Shown here: positions 35,405 to 45,092 of the stretch, in pieces
Layout: the number at the start of each line of letters is the position of its first letter
Position numbering within the stretch: the stretch's first letter is position 1
The notes under the pieces: model-generated
What the model was told of the DNA's origin: nothing
What the model saw: the letters and a program-made list of their open reading frames with translations, nothing else
Database searches by the model: none
Translations under genes and position numbers: made by a program
Assembly (NCBI GenBank): GCA_001769275.1
Contig: MEOQ01000001.1
Span: 4,604-68,603, forward strand
Origin: Bacteroidetes bacterium GWF2_43_63
GTDB lineage: Bacteria; Bacteroidota; Bacteroidia; Bacteroidales; DTU049
Length of the DNA: 64,000 nt
Direction of reading: 5' to 3'

Positions 35405-38400
35405 TTATCTGATTAAAACAAAATTTCCTTGTCCGTTCACTGCTGTACCATCTCGCAAAGTTCCATCGAACCAATAGCTGTAGATGCCGCTTTCCGACAT
35501 GGTTCCGTCAAAGTTGCCATCCCATCTTCCGTTTGGATCGGAGGTTTCATATACCAGATTTCCCCACTGATTATACACTTTCAGATTCAATGTTTCAAGA
35601 CAGCGATTCATTACGCCAAACACATCGTTTTTCTGATCGTTGTTCGGACTGAATGCATTTGGAACGTAGATGCTGCCACAATCTCCGTCCACCATAACGA
35701 TAACGGTATCGGTAGAAGTGCAACCATATTGGTTGGTTACAAGGAGTATATAGATTGTTGTATCGTCTGCACTGCAAATTGGATTGGCAATAGCTGGATC
35801 CGACAAATTATCAGAAGGCAACCACGAATATGTTCCACCACCGCTTCCGTTCAACTGAACAGTTGCACCTTCTTCAATGGTCGTGTCGATGCCAGCATTG
35901 GCAGTTGGATTTGGATTAACGATTACGGAAATGCTGTCAATATCTGAGCACCCGCCGTTGGTACCGGTAACAAGATAAGTGGCACTTGTTATTCCGCCAA
36001 TAGTAATAGAAGAAGTTGCAGCTCCGGTGTTCCAGGCATAAGTGGTGGCGCCGGAAGCGGATAGTACGGTGGTTTCGTTTTCGCAAATTTCCGTATCACC
36101 ATTGATATTAATATCAGGACTTTGATTTACAACCACTGTTGTATTGGAAGAATTTAAACAACCATTCAAGTCAGTTCCAACCACGGTGTAGGTACCTGCA
36201 TGAGTAAGTTGTGCAGTTGTGATTTCAGGAGTCTGTGAACTGCTACTAAAACCTGCAGGTCCGGCCCAGTAATAATCTGATGCGCCAAGTGCTGAAAGCA
36301 TTATACTCTCGCCAGTGCAATACGGGCCTCCGTTCGAACAGCTGACTGTGGGAAGAGAATTTACAGTTACCACAGACGAAGCCGTTGACGTGCATCCTCC
36401 CGTTCCTGAAACAACAACGGCATAGGTTCCCGAAATAGCCGGAGTTGCGGCTGTAATAGCTGGATTTGCGGCTGAAGAGTTGAATCCTGCGGGACCGCTC
36501 CATGCATACGAAATTCCACCAGTTGCTGTCAGGTTCACGGTCTCACCTGCACAATGTGGTCCATCGTTTATTGCAGATGCAACTGGAATGCTATTTACAA
36601 CCACGTTGGTGGTTTCACTGTCTGTGCATCCATTGGCAGTGGTAACTATTACCGAATATGTTCCTGCGTGAAGAGTGGTTGATGAAGAAATCGTTGGATT
36701 AGCCAGTGAACTGCTGAATCCGTTGGGTCCCGACCATGAATAAGTTGTGCCACCGGTTGCATTCAGTTGAATGTTCTGGCCGGCACAATAGGAGCCGGTG
36801 TTCGATGCTGTTGCTGTTGCCTGTGGATACACATTTACATTGATTGCGGATGTCGCAGAATTAAATCCGTCTGAAACCGTGACGGAATAAATTGTGCTGC
36901 CAGAAGGAACGAGATACGGATTATCGTCGGTTGATGAAAAACCTGTTGGATTTGATGACCATGAATAGTTATAAGAACCGGATCCACCCGAAGCCAGCGC
37001 TGTGAGCGTTACTCCATTTCCGGAACAAACGCCTGGAGCATCAGTTTGTGCAATCACCGAAAGCGCACCGCCACTGACATTGACAGTTACCTGCGATGTT
37101 GACATGCAACCTGTAACCTGATCAGTTACTGTAAGCGTGAAAACAGTCGTTGTTGTCAGATTGGTTGTCTGAGGACTCAAAACATTTGGATTTACCAGCG
37201 ATCCAGAAGGAGACCACGAATACATAAAACTGCCACTACCACCTGAAGCACTTCCCGTCAGGGTTGTGTTGGTTCCAAAAGGAATGGTTTGCGGACTTCC
37301 CGCATTTGCAGTGGGGTTTGAATTTATTGCAACGGTAGTGCTGGTGGTCGAACTACAGCCGGCTGCGTTTGTCACCGTAAGATTATAAGGGCCAGCATTG
37401 GTTGCAGTTGCATTGCTGATGGAAGGCGAGGCTGAAGAAGAGGTGAACCCGTTAGGCCCGGACCAGAGATACGAAGTTCCTCCGCTGCCAGTCAGGTTGA
37501 CTGTTGTCCCGACGCATCGGGGTGAGTTTGATGAGGCCGCTGCTGTTGGAGCCTGATTCACATCAAGCGTGTAGTTCAGATATTGGCGGTATCCGCAAAC
37601 ACCGGTAACTTCAAGACTGTAGGTCATGGTAGTAGCCGGATTTACAGAAATATTCTGCGTGGTCTGTCCGCCCGGATACCAATGATAGGCCGTAGCGCCG
37701 GGTGGTCCGAAAAGAGTTGTTGTACTACCTGCGCAAATAGGATCCTGTGCTGCAGTTATATTTGGGAACTGAACACCCGATTCAGCGCTGATGGTATAGT
37801 TGCAGATATCGCCTGCAAACCCGTCAATCATCAGGTAATAATCGCTGCCGATGGTGAGTCCGCGTGCAGTAATTTCAAAATGAATTCCGCTTTCCTCAAA
37901 ATTTGAAACAGGCGTAAAAGAAGCACAGGGGCTGCCTGCAGAGAACACCTGCATCTGAATACCTGCACCGGCATAACAATCATACACATCAACATTCAGC
38001 ACGGCCGAATCATTTGAAGCGGTAAAACGGAGCCAGGAATTGTTGTTGATTTGCACGTCACAATTAGTTGCTCCGCTACCCCAAACACCACCTGCACCAA
38101 AAATGCCTCCCTGACAGGTTCCGGCTGTGTAAGTGTATAATGGCGGATTATTTGTTTCAGCATTTCCCCGCATGTTTCCTGGTCTGTCGGGTGTATAAGC
38201 TTCGCCGGTCGTTCCTTTGTACCCATTCAAGTCGCAGATGTAGAGCGCGGTTGAACAGGCATCGTTGGTTGGCGTTGTAATACAGAATCCAAAATCACCC
38301 GTTGTATTGCCGCTATAAGCCCAGTAACGCAGAAAAACGGTTGATCCGGGCGCAAGTCCTGATGCCAAAATAAATGGCCTCAGATCGTTTGCAGTCAGAG

Positions 38401-39595
38401 GATAATTATTGTCGTCGGAACAAGCAATCTGTGTGAGCGAGCTGCAGGAGCCGGAGTACAGCGCCATAACTGCATCGCTGAATCCATAACCTGGTTTCGC
38501 CATGATGCTTATTACCCCGGAAGAAGGCACTGTGATTGCAAACCAGACATCTTTTGGCTGAGGAGTGTTGCTGAATCCCCCTTGCATGGGGCTGCTGCCG
38601 CCCGCACAGGAAGCCGGAGTTGGCGCTGATAAGGTTGTTGTTGCATTCGTTGTGGTAAACGAAAGATAAGCGCATGAAGATGTCACCGGTGGAAGTTGAA
38701 TAGCATCGCAGGGCTCATCGTTGGTGGGTGTCGGCGTTGGTGTACCGATGATGCAGATATTAAAAATACTACCTCCGTTGCCGGTGTAATAATCGTAAGT
38801 GCGGATGTAATAAGTTGTACCGGGAATCAATCCAACGGCACTGATGTTTTCGGCATCACCGCTGAAACCCTGATCAACACAATATAAACTGGTGAGAGTA
38901 GCACATGTTCCTGAAAACAATTCCAATACAAGATCTGCTGTTCCGGTCGGAGTAACCTGAATAGTTTGAACTGCATTTGTTGCAACAAAGCGATACCAGA
39001 CATCATCATCTGCAGTTCCCGCACAACCCGTCTGTGACAGGGTTGCAGAGACCGTCGTTCCGGCAGTTGCAACACAGGTTGCGTTCACGTTAAGTAGGGT
39101 TGCATTGCTGCAATTATCGTTGGTCGGCGCCGGAGGTGCAGTAGTTATACACACCGTGAATGTGCCGGAACCAAAACCTGTGAAGTAATGATAAATTCTG
39201 ATTTTATAAACAACTCCAATGGTAAGACCCGTTGCATAAATGGTTTCAGCTTCGCCCGTGAAACCCTGATCCATACAGTTCATAGATGTCAGAGTTGCAC
39301 AGTCACCAGAAAAGAGTTGCAACACGGGATCCATTCCTGCAGAAGGGGTTACCGTAATAATGTGACTGGTTGCGGTTGCGGTGAAAGAGTACCATACATC
39401 ATCGTCGGCGGTACCAACACAACCGGCAATGGTTTGTGTTGCTGTTGCAGTTGTACCCGCAACCGGACTTGAACAATTTAAGGTTATGGGAATGGCACTT
39501 GCAGCCGAACATCCGTCGCTCTGCGCCTGTGTTTCAACAGCTGAAAACATTAAAGCTGCGGACACAAACATCCCGAAAATGAATGTCATTTTCAT
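35405..39595 (-). CDS. large T9SS type B cargo (gliding-motility-associated C-terminal domain protein) with repeated PPC-like and Ig-like domains
   Basis: C-terminus YVPNAFSPNNDQKNDVFGV...LKVYNQWGNLVYE...WDGNFDG...GIYSYWF is the TIGR04131/type B sorting domain. The N-terminus has three DDDVWY-containing ~135-aa repeats, then many Ig-like units. Confidence 0.85.
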   Translation of the reverse strand: MKMTFIFGMFVSAALMFSAVETQAQSDGCSAASAIPITLNCSSPVAGTTATATQTIAGCVGTADDDVWYSFTATATSHIITVTPSAGMDPVLQLFSGDCATLTSMNCMDQGFTGEAETIYATGLTIGVVYKIRIYHYFTGFGSGTFTVCITTAPPAPTNDNCSNATLLNVNATCVATAGTTVSATLSQTGCAGTADDDVWYRFVATNAVQTIQVTPTGTADLVLELFSGTCATLTSLYCVDQGFSGDAENISAVGLIPGTTYYIRTYDYYTGNGGSIFNICIIGTPTPTPTNDEPCDAIQLPPVTSSCAYLSFTTTNATTTLSAPTPASCAGGSSPMQGGFSNTPQPKDVWFAITVPSSGVISIMAKPGYGFSDAVMALYSGSCSSLTQIACSDDNNYPLTANDLRPFILASGLAPGSTVFLRYWAYSGNTTGDFGFCITTPTNDACSTALYICDLNGYKGTTGEAYTPDRPGNMRGNAETNNPPLYTYTAGTCQGGIFGAGGVWGSGATNCDVQINNNSWLRFTASNDSAVLNVDVYDCYAGAGIQMQVFSAGSPCASFTPVSNFEESGIHFEITARGLTIGSDYYLMIDGFAGDICNYTISAESGVQFPNITAAQDPICAGSTTTLFGPPGATAYHWYPGGQTTQNISVNPATTMTYSLEVTGVCGYRQYLNYTLDVNQAPTAAASSNSPRCVGTTVNLTGSGGTSYLWSGPNGFTSSSASPSISNATATNAGPYNLTVTNAAGCSSTTSTTVAINSNPTANAGSPQTIPFGTNTTLTGSASGGSGSFMYSWSPSGSLVNPNVLSPQTTNLTTTTVFTLTVTDQVTGCMSTSQVTVNVSGGALSVIAQTDAPGVCSGNGVTLTALASGGSGSYNYSWSSNPTGFSSTDDNPYLVPSGSTIYSVTVSDGFNSATSAINVNVYPQATATASNTGSYCAGQNIQLNATGGTTYSWSGPNGFSSSLANPTISSSTTLHAGTYSVIVTTANGCTDSETTNVVVNSIPVASAINDGPHCAGETVNLTATGGISYAWSGPAGFNSSAANPAITAATPAISGTYAVVVSGTGGCTSTASSVVTVNSLPTVSCSNGGPYCTGESIMLSALGASDYYWAGPAGFSSSSQTPEITTAQLTHAGTYTVVGTDLNGCLNSSNTTVVVNQSPDININGDTEICENETTVLSASGATTYAWNTGAATSSITIGGITSATYLVTGTNGGCSDIDSISVIVNPNPTANAGIDTTIEEGATVQLNGSGGGTYSWLPSDNLSDPAIANPICSADDTTIYILLVTNQYGCTSTDTVIVMVDGDCGSIYVPNAFSPNNDQKNDVFGVMNRCLETLNLKVYNQWGNLVYETSDPNGRWDGNFDGTMSESGIYSYWFDGTLRDGTAVNGQGNFVLIR

Positions 39596-39607
39596 GATAT
39601 AAGTATT

Positions 39608-39949
39608 TTATAATTCTTTGAATTCGTTTGGTACAAGACCGGAATCAGCGATCAACCTTTTTACGTCGGCCGCATTCAATCCGTTATCCTGTTCACCGGC
39701 TTTTTTATACTCGGAGAAAGTAAAAGTCAGAAGCCCGGCTTTGGTATCATTTTTAAAAACAATTTTTACCTGAACAACGCCGCTGATGTTGTACATGCCG
39801 GCTTCTAATTTATCAAGCTGCTGTTGCGTTGCGTCTCCGGTGAAGCTGTATGAATATTTATTTGTTACAGGATTGTCCGAAGTTTGTGCTTGTGCAATGC
39901 CTGAGGTCACAAAAAAAATAAACAATGTGAATAAAAGTCCCCCTTTCAT
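39608..39949 (-). CDS. small secreted hypothetical protein, first gene of the type B cargo operon
   Basis: MKGGLLFTLFIFFVTSGIAQAQ signal. Lies 12 nt upstream of 35405..39595. Confidence 0.45.
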   Translation of the reverse strand: MKGGLLFTLFIFFVTSGIAQAQTSDNPVTNKYSYSFTGDATQQQLDKLEAGMYNISGVVQVKIVFKNDTKAGLLTFTFSEYKKAGEQDNGLNAADVKRLIADSGLVPNEFKEL

Positions 39950-40090
39950 AATCACTTTTTTACAAATATACAAATTCTGATAACAAAATCAATTTGTACG
40001 TTAAATAAAATGATATTTACTACCAATGGCCAAATTGGTCGATAAATATTAACAAAAAATTTCAGTTCTTTTTCTTGAAGGATTTGTTAG

Positions 40091-40308
40091 AGGCTGTCTC
40101 AAAATTTATTCTTCAGAGCAAAAACAACATTCCACCGTCCGATGCGACGAAGGAGCTGAAGGACATGGAACCGTTGTTTTTGCTATTGTTACGACGGTTC
40201 CATGTTCCGGCTGAGCAGCATCTCTTGAAGAGTTCAAAACCCTTCGATGGATTTTTAACCGGCCGGAACGGTGGAATGTCGTAACAAACCGCTATTTTGA
40301 GACAGCCT
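40091..40308 (+). mobile_element. MITE-like 218-bp element (family A copy 3) with perfect 15-bp terminal inverted repeats
   Basis: AGGCTGTCTCAAAAT (40091-40105) and ATTTTGAGACAGCCT (40294-40308) enclose the family A core at 40128-40288. No coding capacity. Confidence 0.6.
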
Positions 40309-40317
40309 ATAATCCAA

Positions 40318-40812
40318 TCATTGCTTCTCCAGATACCACACTTCTTTTTTGTTGTTGCCGTTATCAAGTCCGGCTGCGGTATTATCAAAAGTTGTCCACA
40401 GCATTTTTCTGCGGCCATCCCATTCAACTGAATAGGAAAAATAATAATACCAGGGGTAATTGTCAATCATAAACTCAATGCGGGTTACATCGTTGTCGGT
40501 TCCGCCCACATCAACGCTCCAGTAATAATCACCGGAACCGGTTCCGCCTGGCAGATTGATGTTTCCGGGATTGCAATACAAATCGTAATGATCGCGCTTT
40601 TTGTTCAGGCCTTCGTCAATCAACGTTACAGTGCCGGGATTGACATATGTTGTGTCCAGCACAAAATCATTTGATGCAGAATCAAAATAGGAGACTTCGG
40701 CTTTTGTGATATTCCAAACTCCATCCATGCGCGAAGCCATATTGTTGTCGGGTGAGCATGAAGCCAGCCACAGAAGCGCCAAAGCAAAGTGTATGTATAA
40801 ATATTTTTTCAT
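40318..40812 (-). CDS. lipoprotein (lipocalin-like suspected)
   Basis: LLWLASCSPD lipobox and a DGVWNITK motif. Confidence 0.5.
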   Translation of the reverse strand: MKKYLYIHFALALLWLASCSPDNNMASRMDGVWNITKAEVSYFDSASNDFVLDTTYVNPGTVTLIDEGLNKKRDHYDLYCNPGNINLPGGTGSGDYYWSVDVGGTDNDVTRIEFMIDNYPWYYYFSYSVEWDGRRKMLWTTFDNTAAGLDNGNNKKEVWYLEKQ

Positions 40813-40814
40813 GA

Positions 40815-41600
40815 TTAATTTCCGATTAAGAATGAAACACCGATACTGAAACGAAGTGCGGAAACATCAGGAAGCACGTAATACTGCTCTGGCAGCGTGT
40901 TTTGCGAAGCAATGATTTCGTTGTAGTGATTGTAATCCGTCGGAATAACATCGGTGCCGGGAACTGTATTTGAGCGACCATTATCTTTGTCGTGCAATTG
41001 AAAGCTCAGATAATTGGGCTGTTTAAACAATTTTTCTGCGCGAAGCTGAAGTCCGATCCCTTCAGCAATCGGAATCTGCGCCTTGAGTCCAAGAATTCCC
41101 GCTACGTACATTCCGGTGAATTGTCCGTTCAGAATCTGATTCAGACTGTAATTTATAGTGCCGTCGGCATATTCGCTGTACGAAATTAAATTGACGCGGC
41201 CCACCGTAAAGCCTGCCGTGGCCCATATCCCGGCGAAACCGTCGCCTCCAACACCCAGGTTGAACAGCATGTCGAAATAGCCCGTTCTGAGTTTAAATAT
41301 GCGTGATTCGCCGGTTTTAAAAAACGCTTTTGTGGTTTCGCGAAAATTGTTGTAGGAAATATCCATTCCAACCGGACCATTCCCGAACGAAAGAGCAATG
41401 TATTTGCCGGTTGCGAAATTAAACGGCTTTAATTCCTGCGTTAACGCTTCGGAATGATAGCGATTGTACGAATCGGTAAAATATCCAAAGGTTGTGTAAT
41501 TGATTTTCGAAAACACAGGACCTGCCGAAAATGCGACATACTGCGCATTTACAACAAGAACTCCAAATATCAAAAACACCGACAAAATGAATTTTTTCAT
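40815..41600 (-). CDS. outer-membrane beta-barrel protein (hypothetical)
   Basis: MKKFILSVFLIFGVLVVNAQ signal from the internal ATG at 41600. Alternating aromatic/Gly beta pattern with a C-terminal F.IG.SF. Confidence 0.5.
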   Translation of the reverse strand: MKKFILSVFLIFGVLVVNAQYVAFSAGPVFSKINYTTFGYFTDSYNRYHSEALTQELKPFNFATGKYIALSFGNGPVGMDISYNNFRETTKAFFKTGESRIFKLRTGYFDMLFNLGVGGDGFAGIWATAGFTVGRVNLISYSEYADGTINYSLNQILNGQFTGMYVAGILGLKAQIPIAEGIGLQLRAEKLFKQPNYLSFQLHDKDNGRSNTVPGTDVIPTDYNHYNEIIASQNTLPEQYYVLPDVSALRFSIGVSFLIGN

Positions 41601-41662
41601 AGGTATCGGATAAATAATTATTTTTGTTTGAAAACGTAAAAATATAAAATCCTGCGACAAAA

Positions 41663-42082
41663 ATGAAAAGGATAAATAAATTATTGCTGTTGTTTTTTGT
41701 AATCATAATTACAATGCCTTCCTGCAACCGCTTCGAAGAAGGCTCTTTCAGTATGCGGTCGGTGAAAAGTCGCCTGAGCCGCATCTGGGTTTTGGAGAGC
41801 TATTACAAGGATGGCGTCGATCAGACTGAGTTGTGGAATACGCAATATCCACACTATAAAATTGAATACCGCGAAAACTTTACTTACGAAGTTTTTATAG
41901 GCAGCGATAGCACCTATTCATATGGAGTTTATTCACTCACGGAATGGTCAAAAAAAATTGTCAGAAAGCCCAATGCTGATCCCACAAGTGAAATTGTTCA
42001 TGACATTTTGAAACTCAACACCGACGAGCTTTGGACCATAGTTGGAACCGAGGAATTTCATTTTGTGGAGGAGAAAGAATAG
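41663..42082 (+). CDS. lipocalin-like lipoprotein
   Basis: IIITMPSC lipobox, then RIWVLESYYKDGVD. Confidence 0.5.
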   Translation: MKRINKLLLLFFVIIITMPSCNRFEEGSFSMRSVKSRLSRIWVLESYYKDGVDQTELWNTQYPHYKIEYRENFTYEVFIGSDSTYSYGVYSLTEWSKKIVRKPNADPTSEIVHDILKLNTDELWTIVGTEEFHFVEEKE

Positions 42083-42284
42083 TGGAAAGTTGAAAGTTTA
42101 TAAAATTGGCGTGAAAGCATGCAGCATGCGGTCCATGGCACAATGCACAACGCACAATGCATCATGTGCCGACATTGTCACGTTTTACGTGAAGGCATCA
42201 AAGAAAGCTGCGCAGCACCATCCGATAGTCCTCCGCCTCCAGCGGAGTAAACTCCAAAGGCGGATCATGAACGAAGTTCCACAC

Positions 42285-42329
42285 TTTCAAATTAGCACAT
42301 TATCAAATTTTCAAATTGGTACATTATCA
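42285..42329 (+). promoter_or_regulatory. two 21-bp direct repeats (19/21 identical, 24-bp period) ending 2 nt before the MFS start codon
   Basis: tttcaaattagcacattatca and tttcaaattggtacattatca. Confidence 0.3.
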
Positions 42330-42331
42330 TC

Positions 42332-43576
42332 ATGTCAGCACAATTTCAAAAAGACTCCCAATATTTCAAATTCTGCAGCTATGGATTTTTGAAAAATCTG
42401 CGGTTTTTCGATCCGTTTATATTTTTGTTTTTTCTTGATAAAGGACTTACATTTTTCGAAATCGGTCTTCTGATCTCGTTTCGCGAAGTGATGGTGTATA
42501 TAATGGAAATTCCTGCCGGTATTATTGCCGATGTACTTGGCCGGCGAAAAGTGATGATTTTTGCTTTCATTGCCTACATCATTTCCTTTTCGATTTTCTT
42601 TTTTGCCAACGCGTTCTGGATGTTCATGCTGTCGTTTATTTTCTATGGCTTCGGCGATGCATTCCGTCAGGGAACACACAAAAGCATGATCATTGATTAC
42701 CTCCGACTGAAAGGATGGAAAGATCAGAAAACCGCTTACTACGGACATACGCGCTCGTGGTCGCAGATTGGCTCTGCTGTTTCATCGCTCATAGCTGCAG
42801 TGATTGTTATTTTCACGGGCGATTATCAAAGTGTTTTTATTTTCAGCACCATTCCCTATTTTCTGAATCTGATCATGATGACCACCTATCCAAAAGAACT
42901 GGATGGTGCGATTGTACGACACAATGGAAATGATCTGAAAGAAAATTTTCGTCAGGTGATACGCGATCTTATTACCACTTTTAAAAATCCTGCCGTGTTG
43001 AAAGCCGTCGGAAACCTGAGCTTTTACAGTGGTTTCTACAAGGCAACGAAAGATTATCTTCAACCGCTTCTGCAAACCATTGCCGTGTCGATGCCCTTGT
43101 TTCTGATGTTGCAGGAAAAGCAACGATCGGCCATTCTGATTGGTTTAATTTTCTTTTTTATTCATCTGGTCACTGCCTTTGCATCGCGCAGTGCAGGCCG
43201 TTTTGCGAAAATATTCAACAATGTTGCTGCACCACTAAACATTACATTGATTTCCGGTTTTCTGTTTGGTCTTATTGCTGGAATCTGCTATTCATACGAA
43301 TGGTTCATCGCTTCAGCAGCGCTTTTTGTGATTATCTATGCAGTTGAGAATTTGCGAAAACCAATTGGAATTAGCTATCTGACCGATAAAATTGATCCGA
43401 CGGTGCTGAGTAGTTCGCTATCGTTTCAGTCTTTAGCCGAAACAATTATTGCAGCTGGAATTGCGCCCGCCATTGGATGGGTTGCCGATCGTTACAGTAT
43501 TGGCTGGGGACTGATCGCCGTTTCTGCATTCATGCTGATTCCGGCGTTGCTGGTGAGGATAAAGGTGAAGGCGTAA
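42332..43576 (+). CDS. MFS transporter
   Basis: 414 aa, about 12 hydrophobic helices, and a loop 2-3 motif GIIADVLGRRKVM. Confidence 0.8.
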   Translation: MSAQFQKDSQYFKFCSYGFLKNLRFFDPFIFLFFLDKGLTFFEIGLLISFREVMVYIMEIPAGIIADVLGRRKVMIFAFIAYIISFSIFFFANAFWMFMLSFIFYGFGDAFRQGTHKSMIIDYLRLKGWKDQKTAYYGHTRSWSQIGSAVSSLIAAVIVIFTGDYQSVFIFSTIPYFLNLIMMTTYPKELDGAIVRHNGNDLKENFRQVIRDLITTFKNPAVLKAVGNLSFYSGFYKATKDYLQPLLQTIAVSMPLFLMLQEKQRSAILIGLIFFFIHLVTAFASRSAGRFAKIFNNVAAPLNITLISGFLFGLIAGICYSYEWFIASAALFVIIYAVENLRKPIGISYLTDKIDPTVLSSSLSFQSLAETIIAAGIAPAIGWVADRYSIGWGLIAVSAFMLIPALLVRIKVKA

Positions 43577-43712
43577 ACCGCCGCAGGCACCCGACAGCTT
43601 GTCCGCCCACTGGCGGAATTCCATGTCAGCAAGTCCGCATTCATAATCCTTTCTGGCTGACGATAAAATGTCGGGTAGCAATATTTCGCCAATCGCATTC
43701 GTTTTAAATTAC

Positions 43713-44321
43713 ATGAGATCCTCCAATCTTCTTTTACTTTTGTTTTGTCTGTCCACCGCAGGCGTCAGTGCGCAAAGCGATAGCCTGACGTCTGCAGGGC
43801 AGATTTCGGTTGGAGTGCGGAGCAGTTGGGGATTGGTGTATGAACACGATTGGAACCGCGCTGCATTTGGTTCCGGCGCACAATTTCGTTTAAGGTTTTC
43901 AGAAAAAGTAAATTCAGATTGGTTCATCGATTATCTGCAGGGAGATCTGGGCGATATCGCAAAAAGAACCGACGTTCATATCGGCTGGAGTGTGTTATAT
44001 TATCCGCTGAACAAGAATACAAAACTGCAGCCCTATCTTTTGGCCGGACATTGTTTTGAATTGCTCCGGATTTCGGAAAACACAAACGATGATAATTTTG
44101 TAACGCGCAAAAGCGCATCTGTACAGGCCGGAGCGGGTGTGCACCTGCACCTGACGCCTAAAGCCGATATTTCATTTGTCACCCAATATATGATTCACTT
44201 CGGAACCAATATAGAAGTTTTGGATAATCCGGTTGAGTTTTATAAGCCCGGCGGAATTGCTCTTCAGGATCATGTGCTCTTGCATTTTTCACTCAATTAT
44301 CAGATTGCAGATTTATGGTAA
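43713..44321 (+). CDS. outer-membrane beta-barrel protein (hypothetical)
   Basis: MRSSNLLLLLFCLSTAGVSAQ signal from the internal ATG at 43713. Confidence 0.5.
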   Translation: MRSSNLLLLLFCLSTAGVSAQSDSLTSAGQISVGVRSSWGLVYEHDWNRAAFGSGAQFRLRFSEKVNSDWFIDYLQGDLGDIAKRTDVHIGWSVLYYPLNKNTKLQPYLLAGHCFELLRISENTNDDNFVTRKSASVQAGAGVHLHLTPKADISFVTQYMIHFGTNIEVLDNPVEFYKPGGIALQDHVLLHFSLNYQIADLW

Positions 44322-44878
44322 CCCGAATACTAACCATATTGATTTCTTTCGCAGTTGTTATTCTACAGAATGCCTCAGCACAGAATTCCTCCGCCGGATT
44401 GCTTAGGTTCAACGCCGGACTGGCACAAGGTTTCATGCTGACCCACGAAAGTCGCCCATTGTTTGTGGATGGCTTTGCAGAATATTTTTTAGATGATAAA
44501 ATCAGCATCAAAGGTTCATGCACACAGCTGATAGCCGACCGAATAGAAGACGGTATGCTGAAAAGTTATACGGGCGTTTCGTTCGGAATGGCCTGGCATG
44601 CAGGAAATGAATTGAATGACTTTTCAATCGCCATGCAGCCGGGGGTAGTGTATCAATGTCCGGGTCTGATATTCATTAACTATGTTCCGGAACCGAAACT
44701 CGCACCGTCTCTTATGTTCACGGCCACATACTCCTTGTTTTTTTCGGATCCTTTTCACTTTTATATTTCTGTGTCCGAATCCAATTCATTCTATCGCGGC
44801 GCTCCCAACGGAAACATCAATACCTCGTGGTTCAGCATCACAGGCGGGCTTGGATGGCACCTAAGATTTAAGAAATAA
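44315..44878 (+). CDS. outer-membrane beta-barrel protein (hypothetical), overlaps the previous stop
   Basis: Signal ILTILISFAVVILQNASAQ and C-terminal GGLGWHLRF. Confidence 0.5.
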   Translation: MVTRILTILISFAVVILQNASAQNSSAGLLRFNAGLAQGFMLTHESRPLFVDGFAEYFLDDKISIKGSCTQLIADRIEDGMLKSYTGVSFGMAWHAGNELNDFSIAMQPGVVYQCPGLIFINYVPEPKLAPSLMFTATYSLFFSDPFHFYISVSESNSFYRGAPNGNINTSWFSITGGLGWHLRFKK

Positions 44879-45092
44879 GATTTGAGATATGTGATTTTTG
44901 ATCTGAAGGAGGAAGTAAACATCGAATCAAGAACACTAAACAAGGAAGTAAGAAGTGAATACCGGATCACGAACACTGAACAAAGAACAAGGAAGGATGA
45001 AGTAGGAAGTGAATACCGAATCATGAACACAGAAACTCGAAGCTTATTTTTACTTCAAATTTCGATGTTCAGTGTTCGATGTTCAGAGTTCA

